Shown piece by piece: positions 48,441 to 58,191 of a DNA stretch of 64,000 nt; positions within the stretch are counted from its first letter, which is position 1; every line of letters begins with the position of its first letter. Made by a program: the position numbers and the translations under genes. The stretch is taken from the IMG/VR virus record IMGVR_UViG_3300009370_000003; one strand, written 5' to 3'. The DNA is from a virus. The notes under the pieces were generated by a model. That model was not told the DNA's origin. It saw only the letters and a program-made list of their open reading frames with translations, and made no database searches.

Positions 48441-48652
48441 TAGAAAAAATAGTAGCACAAACACTTGGTTGCAGCCAAGATTCAATAAAAGACGAATCAA
48501 ACTTTGTAAATGACTTAGGTGCCGACTCTCTTAACATAGTTGAGATAGTTATGGCAATAGAGGAAGAGTTCGATGTTTCGATTCCTGATGAAGATGCTGA
48601 GACACTTCATACAGTCGGCGCAGTAAAACAATATATTGAGGACAACTCCTAA
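48437..48652 (+). CDS. acpP: Acyl carrier protein
   Basis: DLGADSL phosphopantetheine site, VMAIEEEF, IPDEDAE...TVG. Confidence 0.92.
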   Translation: MIEKIVAQTLGCSQDSIKDESNFVNDLGADSLNIVEIVMAIEEEFDVSIPDEDAETLHTVGAVKQYIEDNS

Positions 48653-49542
48653 TGCCAAAAGGAAGTAAGGCCACAGGTGGAGCAGCACCAAAATCTAGTG
48701 GAAAGTTTAACGATAAGAGAGGCATAGATGCTCTTAAGGGATATGTCGGCCAACCTCTACAACCAAATAGATTTATTTTTCAATTCTTAACACTACCAAA
48801 AGATTTTGAATTACCTGACGGAGATACTTTAAGTATACTCTGTCAATCAGCAACATTGCCGGGCAAGTCAATAGAAACAGCAGAACATATTAGACATAGA
48901 TACATGCCTACAGGTGATGTTGATTACGGTCAAAGCATATCCCTTACTTATATTTGTGACACCTCATTTATGGATAGATATATTATAGAAGAGTGGTTAA
49001 GATATGTCCATTCAGCAGATGTTGATACATGGACTGATATAAGTTATGGTAAAAGTTCTGACGGCGAGAAACAAATTTTCAGATTCTATGATGAGTATGC
49101 AGCTCCATGTAAAGCACAATGTCATGTATTAAGAAGAGATGGTAGTGCAGCTATGACATATACATTTCATGATGTATATCCACAAGGTATAGATGATATT
49201 TCATTAGAAATGAGTTCAAATGATGAAGTTATGCAGTTTTCATTTGATTTAGGATACAAGTGGTGGACAGTTGAATACTTACCAATAGAAACAGAAGTAA
49301 AAATGAACCAACCTATGGACGGAAACTTTGAGATAAGTGGACTAAATAAAGGGAGGAAAATCTTTGATGCAGTTCTTGAAGGACTCAAGGTTGCTGGAAG
49401 GTTTAATAAGAAAGCGGGTGCAATGGGAAGGAGACTAGGTCAACTTGACACTGCAATAACCCGTGGTAGTAACATAAGCAGAGATATAGGTGGAAGCTTT
49501 AACTCTAATTATGTGACTAATAAAAGGCGTGGTGGAGGTTAA
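48652..49542 (+). CDS. Tail-tube-like baseplate protein (gp54-like)
   Basis: PNRF, LCQSATLPGKS.., DVYP, Y.WW give a gp19-like fold; lies before gp26. Confidence 0.65.
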   Translation: MPKGSKATGGAAPKSSGKFNDKRGIDALKGYVGQPLQPNRFIFQFLTLPKDFELPDGDTLSILCQSATLPGKSIETAEHIRHRYMPTGDVDYGQSISLTYICDTSFMDRYIIEEWLRYVHSADVDTWTDISYGKSSDGEKQIFRFYDEYAAPCKAQCHVLRRDGSAAMTYTFHDVYPQGIDDISLEMSSNDEVMQFSFDLGYKWWTVEYLPIETEVKMNQPMDGNFEISGLNKGRKIFDAVLEGLKVAGRFNKKAGAMGRRLGQLDTAITRGSNISRDIGGSFNSNYVTNKRRGGG

Positions 49543-49569
49543 TTCTAACACCACATAAAGAGGTATATT

Positions 49570-50274
49570 ATGGCTTTACCAAAGCAGACCGCACCGAAGT
49601 ATAAATGCATACTTCCAAGTGACGGTTCAGAAGTGGAGTTTCGACCATTTCTAGTTAAAGAGCAAAAAGTATTAATGCTTGCTCAGGAACAAGAAAAGGA
49701 TGAAGCAATGTTTGTTGCAGTGCAAGACCTTATCGAAGCAGTAACTTTCGGAAAGGTTAAATCCAAACAGTTACCTGTTATCGACATGGAATATTTGTTC
49801 CTTAAAGTTCGATCAGTATCGGTAGGAGAAACAGCAACAGTAACCTTGTCTTGCCACGACCCCAAATGTGAAGGAGGGAATGGAGAGGCAGTTGTTAATT
49901 TAGATGATGTGGAAGTAGTAGGAGACGAACCTGAACACAAAATTATGATTAGTGATGAATTAGGAATTGAGTTAAGATACCCAAGGATAAGTGATGTAGA
50001 AGCAACACAACACCTTGAGGGAGGAGCTCAAACTATTGAAATGCTGAAGCAGTGTATGGTGACAATATTTGATGAGGAAGAGGTCTACACAGTTCGAGAT
50101 AGTTCTACAAATGAACTAAACGAATTTGTTGAGACACTAACAATGACTCAATTAGAATTGTTAACTGCATTTTTTCAAGGCATACCAGTATTGAAGAAGG
50201 AAGTCGAAACAGAATGTAAAGTGTGTGGAAAGGAAATTAGAACTGAATTAGTAGGTTTACAAAGTTTTTTCTAG
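49570..50274 (+). CDS. gp26: Baseplate hub assembly protein
   Basis: MALPK...P.Y...LPS, FRPFLVKEQK.L, DMEYLFLKVRSVSVGE, CxxC, and the end GLQSFF. Confidence 0.92.
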   Translation: MALPKQTAPKYKCILPSDGSEVEFRPFLVKEQKVLMLAQEQEKDEAMFVAVQDLIEAVTFGKVKSKQLPVIDMEYLFLKVRSVSVGETATVTLSCHDPKCEGGNGEAVVNLDDVEVVGDEPEHKIMISDELGIELRYPRISDVEATQHLEGGAQTIEMLKQCMVTIFDEEEVYTVRDSSTNELNEFVETLTMTQLELLTAFFQGIPVLKKEVETECKVCGKEIRTELVGLQSFF

Positions 50275-50471
50275 TAGCCCTTTCTCATGATAGTCTAATA
50301 AACTATTTAAACACAAACTTTCAAATGATGCAACATCATGGCTACTCTCTTAGAGAGTTAGATGACATGATGCCATGGGAAAGGGAAATTTACATTAAAT
50401 TATTACTTCAACATTTAGAAGAAGAACGGGAACGAGAAAAAGCTCGTGCCCAAAAAGCAAGAAGCAGATAG
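50265..50471 (+). CDS. gp51: Baseplate hub assembly catalyst, in the -1 frame of gp26
   Basis: Not in the track. Manual translation gives FFLVALSHDSLINYLNTNFQMMQHHGYSLRELDDMMPWEREIYIKLLLQHLEEE.... First ATG is at 50325. Confidence 0.85.
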   Translation, partial: FFLVALSHDSLINYLNTNFQMMQHHGYSLRELDDMMPWEREIYIKLLLQHLEEEREREKARAQKARSR

Positions 50472-50502
50472 CTCTTGCATTTTAAATGAGGAGAAATAAG
50501 TT

Positions 50503-50886
50503 ATGGCAGATTCACGAGAACAGTTTAGTGGAGACATGTCGAGAAATGAAGTTGAAATAGATTTATCTAAATTTATGGAGATGATTCAAGAGAACGCTGC
50601 ATTAAAACAGCAGATTTTTGAATTAGAACATGACGGTAAGGTCAACCCCTATCAGAAGTGGATTCATTTATCAGCAATGATTGATAGTTGGAGAATATGG
50701 CCAAGAGCATTTTTAAGTGTTTACATATTCTTAATTTACTATGTTGTAATGTGGTTTTTGGATTTAGCTGAACCAACAATGGAACAAAGTGGACTACTTT
50801 CAATATTGGTTGGTGCTGGAGCAGCTTGGTTTGGACTATATGTCAATTCCGCTGCAAAAGAACATGCTACCAATAAGAGTGATTAA
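50503..50886 (+). CDS. Hypothetical two-TM membrane protein (possible holin)
   Basis: DSWRIWPRAF followed by two hydrophobic helices. Confidence 0.55.
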   Translation: MADSREQFSGDMSRNEVEIDLSKFMEMIQENAALKQQIFELEHDGKVNPYQKWIHLSAMIDSWRIWPRAFLSVYIFLIYYVVMWFLDLAEPTMEQSGLLSILVGAGAAWFGLYVNSAAKEHATNKSD

Positions 50887-50911
50887 TTTTTAATTAGTAG
50901 AGGAAAACAAA

Positions 50912-51133
50912 ATGGCAGAAGAAGAAACAATAAATGAATCACATGATGATTCAAATCATCTTGAAAGTCTAAAGGATAACGCACCAGTAGAACCTAACAA
51001 GGACGAACTGGACGAACTACAATATGAGTCTGCAAAGGCTTCATATGATAGAGCTTTAGAACTATGGCAAGAACAAGTTGATAAAACTGAAGCTTCACTT
51101 TTAGTAGAAGAAGAATTAAAAGAAGAAGAATAA
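50912..51133 (+). CDS. Acidic hypothetical protein
   Basis: ORF with a GAGGA RBS, in the operon. Confidence 0.55.
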   Translation: MAEEETINESHDDSNHLESLKDNAPVEPNKDELDELQYESAKASYDRALELWQEQVDKTEASLLVEEELKEEE

Positions 51134-51144
51134 GGCTTTAACCA

Positions 51145-53487
51145 ATGGCAAAAAAAGACGAAGACGGTCGCTCGAGTAAGCAAGCCGATGCATTTCTAAA
51201 AAAGGATCAACAACGATCCGAGAAATTGCAACAAGATAGGACAGACGCCCTTGAAAGGTGGACGAAGGCTAACGCTAATACTTATAAAAAATCTGCTGAG
51301 AAACTAAATGCTGCAGCTGAATCTGGCATCAAGGCCATGCAGGCAAAGGAAAAGGCAGACGCATTAGAAGTTGCAAATAGAGAAAGAATGGCAGCTTCAA
51401 GAGGTGTCTCTCTAGCCCAATTCGAAAAGACCATGGACGCAACCATGAAAGAAGGTTGGAGTGCAACAGAAGGAGTCTTCGAACCCTTAGACGAACTCGG
51501 AAAGTCTATGGGTAAAATCCAAGTTGACGGAACTATGGGTAAATCCCTTGGTTCTGCAAGTGGTGCCATTAAAGAATTAACTGGTGGTCTATTAGACCTT
51601 GGTGAAATGACTGGTGATGCAATGGATAAAGTGAAAGCAGTTGGAACACTCATTGCAACTCCGTTCAAAGTTGCAAACAATGCTATCGCAGGTGCAACAA
51701 AATTCTTTGGTAAGGAATTCAATCCCGGCCAGAAGATGGCAGACTGGTGGGGTGGAACTGAAACTCTTATAGAGGACGGTGATAAAAAAGCTACGAAAGG
51801 ATTTAGAGATTTAAAATTCAGTGAAAAAATGGGTAGGATATTTAGGCCATTTAGTCAGGGAGCTGAAGACGCAAAAGATAAATCAGAAGAAGGTGGTTCA
51901 AAAGTTTCTCAAGCTGGTGGTATACTATCTGCAGCTGGAGGTGATATAGAAGATGGTTCAGCTGAAGTTCCTAAAGCTGGTTCTAGACTATCTAAAGCTG
52001 GTTCTAAATTAGCTGATGGTTTTAATTCTTCCATGGAGAAGTTATCCGACTTAGGTGGAAGAATGAAAGAGAGTGCAAAGGCAATGGGAGCAGCGACTAT
52101 TGCATGGATAAAAAACTTCCCAGCAATGATGAAAGGATTGTGGGGAACCATAAAACAAATGGGGAAATCTGCAGCAGCATTCTTAATGGCTCTCCCAGCA
52201 CTTATAATATCTAGTATTGCATTTGTCGCAGGATTAATTGCCTCTGCAGTTAGTATGATGATTGCAGCTGCACCAATAATTGGTATTGCATTATTAATAG
52301 GGTTAGCAGTAGCAGCTCTTGTAATGGGTATTATGTTCTTAGTCCAAAACTTCGAATCTATTAAAACAACTATATCAGAAAAGATTACTGCAATGATAGA
52401 TAAAGTCAAAGCGGTTGTGGGTAATATCGCAGACTTCTTTTCTAATATCTGGCAAGATATATCTGACTTCATTCGAGAAAAGGTATTAAAGATTAAATCA
52501 ATCTTAGGTCTTACTTCTGATGCTGAAGAAGAAGAGTTAAAAGGTATTGAAGAAAGAAAGGCCAAGAAACAAGCAATGACCGATGAGGCAAACAAACAAG
52601 CCGCAGCAGAAATTGATGAAATGAGAGCTAACGGTGAACTCGAAGGTATGAGTCGTAGAGAAATCAGGAACCTTACTAAAGAGAAAGAAGCAGAAGCCCT
52701 CGCCCGCGTGCAAGAGGAAGCTGAGTTCCAAGCAACATCAGATGAAGACCTCTTGGCCATGAAACACAAACATGAGAAGTCACTCGCAGAAGAATTAGAA
52801 AACAAGAAAAATAGGGACTTTAATAAGTCCAAAGATGAAAGTCAGTGGGAACAAACGAAAGGTAACGAATTTAAGATGCATCGTTTGAATCTTGACGAAT
52901 CAGCTGAGGACGGTGGAAAAGCAGAATTCATGGAAATGCGAGAAGACGATCGCAACCAACGGTATGGAACAGAAGAAAATATAGAAAATAGAATATTATA
53001 CGATCAATTCAATGCAGATAGAGCAACAGACGAACTTAAAACAAGAGACGATTATATTGCATCTAAAGAATTAACCGAAGAAGATAAAGACGCTATCCAT
53101 GCAAAAGAACTTGGTTGGACACTGGGAGAATATCAGGCAGTAAAAGAGGCAGAAATTGCAGCAGGAAAGGAACACGAAGATTATTACGAAGGCAAGGGAT
53201 TCGGTGAGACTGACGATGGGTATGACTATGCACTACTTAATGCAAGAGCAAATTCAGAAGCTATTGATAGGGCAGACGGGGATAGACTTAAAGATGCTCG
53301 GGACGAAGCAGAACAACAAAAATACCTAAGTGACTTAAACACCTATGGTGCTGGTGGAAGCTACATACCACCAATGAATGCAGTTGCAGTTCAAAATAAT
53401 AGTGCTTCTAATATGGTTAGAATGCAAGACCCGTCAACAACAAATCCAGAGCCTACTGGCACTCGTCTTTCTGTAGTTCCAGCTTAG
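51145..53487 (+). CDS. Tape measure-like protein
   Basis: Long helical A/K/E-rich protein with central TM segments, downstream of gp26/gp51. Confidence 0.7.
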   Translation: MAKKDEDGRSSKQADAFLKKDQQRSEKLQQDRTDALERWTKANANTYKKSAEKLNAAAESGIKAMQAKEKADALEVANRERMAASRGVSLAQFEKTMDATMKEGWSATEGVFEPLDELGKSMGKIQVDGTMGKSLGSASGAIKELTGGLLDLGEMTGDAMDKVKAVGTLIATPFKVANNAIAGATKFFGKEFNPGQKMADWWGGTETLIEDGDKKATKGFRDLKFSEKMGRIFRPFSQGAEDAKDKSEEGGSKVSQAGGILSAAGGDIEDGSAEVPKAGSRLSKAGSKLADGFNSSMEKLSDLGGRMKESAKAMGAATIAWIKNFPAMMKGLWGTIKQMGKSAAAFLMALPALIISSIAFVAGLIASAVSMMIAAAPIIGIALLIGLAVAALVMGIMFLVQNFESIKTTISEKITAMIDKVKAVVGNIADFFSNIWQDISDFIREKVLKIKSILGLTSDAEEEELKGIEERKAKKQAMTDEANKQAAAEIDEMRANGELEGMSRREIRNLTKEKEAEALARVQEEAEFQATSDEDLLAMKHKHEKSLAEELENKKNRDFNKSKDESQWEQTKGNEFKMHRLNLDESAEDGGKAEFMEMREDDRNQRYGTEENIENRILYDQFNADRATDELKTRDDYIASKELTEEDKDAIHAKELGWTLGEYQAVKEAEIAAGKEHEDYYEGKGFGETDDGYDYALLNARANSEAIDRADGDRLKDARDEAEQQKYLSDLNTYGAGGSYIPPMNAVAVQNNSASNMVRMQDPSTTNPEPTGTRLSVVPA

Positions 53488-53614
53488 AACCTTTCCTATT
53501 ATATTTGGTTTTGTCTTTTACGACTTTATGTTTAAAGGGACTATCTTTATCAAATAGTATTTTAGCATACCGAGATTTCGGTTTCTGAATTGTTCTTTTA
53601 CTTCCTTTTGACAT
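53453..53614 (-). CDS. Small basic protein, ArfA-like
   Basis: Not in the track (53 aa): [53 protein letters not shown]. Its ATG overlaps the bS21 TGA. Confidence 0.55.
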   Translation of the reverse strand: MSKGSKRTIQKPKSRYAKILFDKDSPFKHKVVKDKTKYNRKGSKLELQKDECQ

Positions 53615-53856
53615 CACCACATCCAACTTCTTCGAGATTCTGCTAGTGCAGCTTTCTTTGCGTCAATCTTTTTCTTCCGTGTAATATCTTGATTCTTCTT
53701 ATGTCTCTTCTGATTAGGTTTGACATAATACTCTCTATCTCTACACTCTTGAATGATGCCTGCTCGTTCTACCTGTTTCTTAAACCTACGAAGCATTCTG
53801 TCGAATGGTTCGACATTTTTATTCTTCGGATTTATTCTAGGCGTAACTTGTGGCAT
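53614..53856 (-). CDS. rpsU: Ribosomal protein bS21
   Basis: [32 protein letters not shown]. Confidence 0.92.
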   Translation of the reverse strand: MPQVTPRINPKNKNVEPFDRMLRRFKKQVERAGIIQECRDREYYVKPNQKRHKKNQDITRKKKIDAKKAALAESRRSWMW

Positions 53857-53879
53857 ATCTGTGTGTTATATAGTTTAAA

Positions 53880-54056
53880 AAAAAGTGTTAAGTCACCCCA
53901 CGCCTTACAGCAGTCCCGTTCTTAACCGATTAACCCGCATGATTTTGCTGTTAACCTTGCCCTTACTTGGTGCCCCCATTTCATTCCACGGCCCAAGTGA
54001 GTTATCGTCTGTATCACCTGACGGTCATTATGTAGCACGATAACCCCTATTCGAAA
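53880..54056 (-). ncRNA. Candidate structured RNA between gp32 and bS21
   Basis: GC-elevated intergenic tract with several stems (GTTATCGT/ACGATAAC, ACTTGG/CCAAGT) and a terminal U-run. Confidence 0.4.
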
Positions 54057-54956
54057 TTAGCTGTCGGAAGCTAATTTCTTAAAGTAATCCATTGCTTCAC
54101 CACCGTCTTTACCGACTGTAGCTTCTGCAGTTGAAATTACTGGTTCTTCTGCAACTGTCTCTTTATTGACATCTGCCCAAGGCACTTCGTCTTGGTCTTC
54201 TGCAATAGATTCAGCTGTAGAATTACTAACACCACCCGTCAGTCCTAAAATCCTTTCGAGTTTAGTTTTCAACTCGTCATAAGATTTAAATTCTTCGGGT
54301 GAGATAATATCTGACAACGAATGAACAGAAGTATATATATCATTCAACTGATTTTCGTCATCAAACAATGGACTTGCAGAATCAAATTCTGATTTATCGT
54401 AGTTCCAATAACCATCGACTTTTCTGATTTTGATTTTGAAGTTAGCACCTTCTCCTCTCAAATCGAAAGGATTAACTGCTTTCTCATCTTCGAATGCTGG
54501 GGAAATTGCTTCCTTCAACTGTTCAAAGATTTTCTTACCGTATCTGTAAAGGAATACTTTACCTTCATTGTCGGGATTCTTAGGGTCTGAAACAACATAG
54601 ATGTTTGACACATAGTGAAGTCTTCGCTTCTGTCTTCGTGCAATCTCTTTGTTTGCTTCTATCCCAGTATTCCACAATGTAGTATTGTATTCGGACACAG
54701 GGTCTTGTTTATTAAGAGTCGTTAAAGACTTCTCAATATACCAACCGCCTGGCCCTTGAAAGCCGTGATCCCAATAAGAGACCCATGGCATTTCTTCACC
54801 TTCGGGGGTAGGTAGGAAACGGATTATTGCAAACCCATTACCACTCTTGTCGAGTTCGGGTTTCCAAAATCTGTCATCGGAATAGGACTTTTTTTCTCCT
54901 TGAGTAGGAGAGGCAGTTTCCATTGCTGCCCGTAACTTATCTAATGATGTAGACAT
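54057..54956 (-). CDS. gp32: Single-stranded DNA-binding protein
   Basis: DDRFWKPELDKSGNG.A.IRFLP, HGFQGPGGWYIE, YGKKIF, NYDKSEF, YFKKLA. Confidence 0.96.
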   Translation of the reverse strand: MSTSLDKLRAAMETASPTQGEKKSYSDDRFWKPELDKSGNGFAIIRFLPTPEGEEMPWVSYWDHGFQGPGGWYIEKSLTTLNKQDPVSEYNTTLWNTGIEANKEIARRQKRRLHYVSNIYVVSDPKNPDNEGKVFLYRYGKKIFEQLKEAISPAFEDEKAVNPFDLRGEGANFKIKIRKVDGYWNYDKSEFDSASPLFDDENQLNDIYTSVHSLSDIISPEEFKSYDELKTKLERILGLTGGVSNSTAESIAEDQDEVPWADVNKETVAEEPVISTAEATVGKDGGEAMDYFKKLASDS

Positions 54957-55000
54957 AGTATTTTCCTCGTATATGCATTATATCGCATTTTATTAACATT

Positions 55001-55750
55001 TTATCTAAAGGTAAAAAGAGAACTCTCTCCTAATACCCACCTTTCCTTACTATTTTCATAATAAGTAAGTTCATTATACACGACTTTCTTGTCTTCGTCA
55101 ATAGGGTTTTTAAAGTAAACCGCTATATCTTTAAACAAGTCGTCTTTCAATAAAGAAACAAACTGGTATTTCTGTATAGTAAATACTGCATGTTCCTCTG
55201 TATATTTATGCGCATAAGAACTTATATCTAAGCCTTTTAACGCATTATCGTAATCTTGTATATCAGGGTCTAATGCATCAAACCCTACTAAAGTAATTTC
55301 TTTGTATCCGTTATAAGCTGCATATCCTAATGCACTGATACCACAAAAAGTGTTCTTGAGCTTCTCATTATTATACATAATAATGTTCTCATTTGGGGGG
55401 ACTATATTATAGCAAGTAAGATACACTTCGTCTTCCCCTTCACCTTGTGCAATAAAATGAGTATCGGACTCGGAACGGTTCGTTATTATCTTCGCTCCCA
55501 TAATCGTATACACTTCTTCTATCTCTTCATAGTGAGATATATCCATCGCACCATACCAGTCACCCATGGCAATCGGGCAGTGTTCTAGTATGCCTTTTTC
55601 TATTGCATCATGTTGGACGGGAATATCTAAACAGAAAAGTATATTAGGATAAATCCCTTCTCTATAGATTGCATTACAACCCCACCACTCTTCGAAAGAG
55701 TTTAAGTCATACTGCTTTCTGCTTGGGCCATTTCCTACTATGTGGAGCAT
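55001..55750 (-). CDS. Maf/DUF115-like (sialyltransferase-fold) putative glycosyltransferase
   Basis: IVGNGPSR, WGCNAIYR and G..A...A...GYKEITLVGFD motifs. Confidence 0.55.
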   Translation of the reverse strand: MLHIVGNGPSRKQYDLNSFEEWWGCNAIYREGIYPNILFCLDIPVQHDAIEKGILEHCPIAMGDWYGAMDISHYEEIEEVYTIMGAKIITNRSESDTHFIAQGEGEDEVYLTCYNIVPPNENIIMYNNEKLKNTFCGISALGYAAYNGYKEITLVGFDALDPDIQDYDNALKGLDISSYAHKYTEEHAVFTIQKYQFVSLLKDDLFKDIAVYFKNPIDEDKKVVYNELTYYENSKERWVLGESSLFTFR

Positions 55751-56334
55751 AACTCTATTAATCTCTTCTTGTATACTGCATGGTCATATGTAACGAATGC
55801 TTTATACTTGTTTAACTTGGTATGGACTTCGGGATATACGACCTTCTCTTGTATTAGTCTATTCCAGTCTTTACTGAATCCAATTATCTCGTCCATAATA
55901 CACATTGTTTCGGGTGATACTTCTTTTGCAAGATATCGTTTTAAAAGTTTTGGGTGTTGCCCTGCTTTAACCTCTATCAGCTTTTCGATATTTCTTGCCG
56001 CGGACAGCGAGTCGTTTACTTCTGTCTCGAACATATAAGTTAACTTCTGATTTCTTTTCTTCCATTCCTTATATACTTTGTCTGATTCATTATCTAATAA
56101 GTCGCCGACCCATTGGTCTTTAACCAGTAGGTTGGCAATATAAAAATCTTGTAGTTCTTGTTTGTAGGTTTTATAGAGTTTGCCGAAATGGTATTTGTCC
56201 TTTCTCTTTATGAACGAATTAATATCTGCTTTGACTTTACCATTGTATTTAATAAAGTCGTAATCGTTAGAATAGAAATGCAGTTTTATACCAAGGTATA
56301 AAGTGTATGCATCGTATCCTTCACGACTCGTCAT
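55738..56334 (-). CDS. gp59: Helicase loader
   Basis: YLGIKLHF...YDFIKYNGK, KRKDKY.F.KL, HP.LLK.YL...VSPET. Confidence 0.9.
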   Translation of the reverse strand: MTSREGYDAYTLYLGIKLHFYSNDYDFIKYNGKVKADINSFIKRKDKYHFGKLYKTYKQELQDFYIANLLVKDQWVGDLLDNESDKVYKEWKKRNQKLTYMFETEVNDSLSAARNIEKLIEVKAGQHPKLLKRYLAKEVSPETMCIMDEIIGFSKDWNRLIQEKVVYPEVHTKLNKYKAFVTYDHAVYKKRLIELCST

Positions 56335-56609
56335 TACTTCACCAGCGTAAGACTGGTGGTTGCTTCTCTATGTGCTTTAATTACTCCGTCATTTGTCGGG
56401 GTAACAAATACTGCATTATAAAATGTGGTGGCTTCAGGATTCTCTACTCCAGTGACAGCAATACCATGTGCAAATCCCATACCACCCTCGGGTGTTTGGA
56501 CTATCATGCGTGGGTCTTTAAGTTCCACATTACCATCTTCTAAGGATTCAAGTATACCAACATACTCTCCACTCACTGTTACTACTGTAACAATATCACC
56601 TTTATCCAT
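56334..56609 (-). CDS. Hypothetical protein (Sm-like beta fold possible)
   Basis: GDIVTVVTVSGEYVG...LKDPRMI. Confidence 0.55.
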   Translation of the reverse strand: MDKGDIVTVVTVSGEYVGILESLEDGNVELKDPRMIVQTPEGGMGFAHGIAVTGVENPEATTFYNAVFVTPTNDGVIKAHREATTSLTLVK

Positions 56610-56703
56610 TATTTTTTCTCCTTATTTCTCACGGCCATGTAACGACCAATATAGTATGAAACTATACTTACTATTATAAAGTTCATTATCGTATAATATT
56701 CCA

Positions 56704-56967
56704 TTACTTCTTCTCCGTAAAGAAGCCACTCAAGGTAGACTGACTTCGTGTGTGTCTGTTAATCATGTTTAACTGTTCAGCTTCTGCTTGTAGTTTTTCC
56801 TTAAGAGGTGTAGAGATTAATCTCTTTGCACTCTCGGGTTCTACTTTATTCACTTCACATATTTTAATTATTGCTGACATTACATCTGCATTTCCCTTTC
56901 CCTTTGCAAGTATCCTTTCAACTTGCTCGCTGAATTCCTTTTTTGATATCATCTTATCAGATTCCAT
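56704..56967 (-). CDS. gp33: Late transcription coactivator
   Basis: FS..VE, AI..ICE...VEPE...RLIS.PLKEKLQAEA..LN. Confidence 0.85.
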   Translation of the reverse strand: MESDKMISKKEFSEQVERILAKGKGNADVMSAIIKICEVNKVEPESAKRLISTPLKEKLQAEAEQLNMINRHTRSQSTLSGFFTEKK

Positions 56968-57634
56968 ATAAGTTTTTATATTGTTTTCTCAAAAGAGCTA
57001 GGGGTTCGATATAGTCTCGGTAGTCAGAACGAAACATTTGAAATGAGTTTGATCCTTCCACCGCTACCAGAGCCAGACATTCTTCTATCTCATGACCTGT
57101 TAGTTCTTCTACCATTAATGCATATGCAGCCATTTGAAGATACCAAGGTTTAGCCATGTATTCTTCTTTTGGTTTTGCACTGCTTTTAAAATCTATAATA
57201 CTCAACCGACCTTCGAACATTCCAATACAATCTACTCGTCCAGCCATTTTAAGGGTGTTCGAATACATTGGAGCTTCTATAGCAAGTGGGATTATTTCAT
57301 CTAAAACTGGTCTGACAGCACGGAACATTCCTTCTTGTAGAATGTTCTCAAACTCTATAAACGGCTTTTCCTTCTTAAGGTAGTCTTCCACATGTTGGTG
57401 AAATAGAGTTCCTCTCTTTGCAGCCATGGTAGAAACCTTGTTGGCTTCTTCTTCTCCAACTCTTTCTCTCCACAACTGTATTTGCTTTCTTGATTCTAAG
57501 CCGACAACGGTTGTTACACTCGGGAATGCTTCTCCGTTTTCGTCTATGTAATATCTCTTACCTTCCCTTGTTTCAGTCTTAAGGTCTAGGTTTTCTAAAT
57601 CGGTTATTTCTAATAAGGTTGTTCGCACTTGCAT
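56957..57634 (-). CDS. PD-(D/E)xK exonuclease
   Basis: PSVTTV, W...VG.EEA, RGT.FH, AGRVDC, IIDFKS, Q..AYA. Confidence 0.88.
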   Translation of the reverse strand: MQVRTTLLEITDLENLDLKTETREGKRYYIDENGEAFPSVTTVVGLESRKQIQLWRERVGEEEANKVSTMAAKRGTLFHQHVEDYLKKEKPFIEFENILQEGMFRAVRPVLDEIIPLAIEAPMYSNTLKMAGRVDCIGMFEGRLSIIDFKSSAKPKEEYMAKPWYLQMAAYALMVEELTGHEIEECLALVAVEGSNSFQMFRSDYRDYIEPLALLRKQYKNLYGI

Positions 57635-57646
57635 AATAATATTATA

Positions 57647-57952
57647 TCACTTCGTCTGCTGTTTGTCCATATGCTTTTTAATAGTCTGAATAGACTTCTC
57701 TCTTTTAATATCTTTACTCCCATGTCTCTCATGGACATTCGAGCCGGGATGCGCGTCACCTATTTTGTTAAGGACATCTTTAAATCCACCGTCTATCTTA
57801 ACACGGTCACCGTGACCACCTATAATATTAGGTGCTGTGATTCTTTGTTCAATATGTGGGTGTGATTCTAAAAATTTTTCTTTTTTAGAAATAGACATAA
57901 GTTCTTCCCACTCTACACCAGTGTCAGGATTAAAAAATACATAAGTTGGCAT
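57647..57952 (-). CDS. FmdB-like small regulatory protein
   Basis: MPTY.F....TG..WE and GFKDVL.KI...HPGS, a pattern conserved in T4-like phages. Confidence 0.6.
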   Translation of the reverse strand: MPTYVFFNPDTGVEWEELMSISKKEKFLESHPHIEQRITAPNIIGGHGDRVKIDGGFKDVLNKIGDAHPGSNVHERHGSKDIKREKSIQTIKKHMDKQQTK

Positions 57953-57969
57953 AATATATTATTTATGGT

Positions 57970-58191
57970 TTAGTAAATATCCCATTCTAAAGGCACATGC
58001 CATAAGAATGCAAAGAATAGATATAGGGTTCCACCTACAAGTAAAGGATATCTAAACTCTTTGTTTCTCCATAAGTAAAACCCAACCAATAAAAAAAGAA
58101 ATCCGAAAAACATATCGAATATAAACATTTTTGGTTGAGTTGTTAGACTAGAAAGAATTGTCGACTTTACGGGTTCCACTTCCATAGTCAA
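57970..58191 (-). CDS. Small membrane protein
   Basis: Two hydrophobic segments; start uncertain. Confidence 0.45.
   Translation of the reverse strand: MTMEVEPVKSTILSSLTTQPKMFIFDMFFGFLFLLVGFYLWRNKEFRYPLLVGGTLYLFFAFLWHVPLEWDIY

Noticed and set aside
56957-57634. Cas4 indicating a CRISPR system
   Set aside because: Ordinary phage PD-(D/E)xK exonuclease without the Fe-S cysteines or an array.
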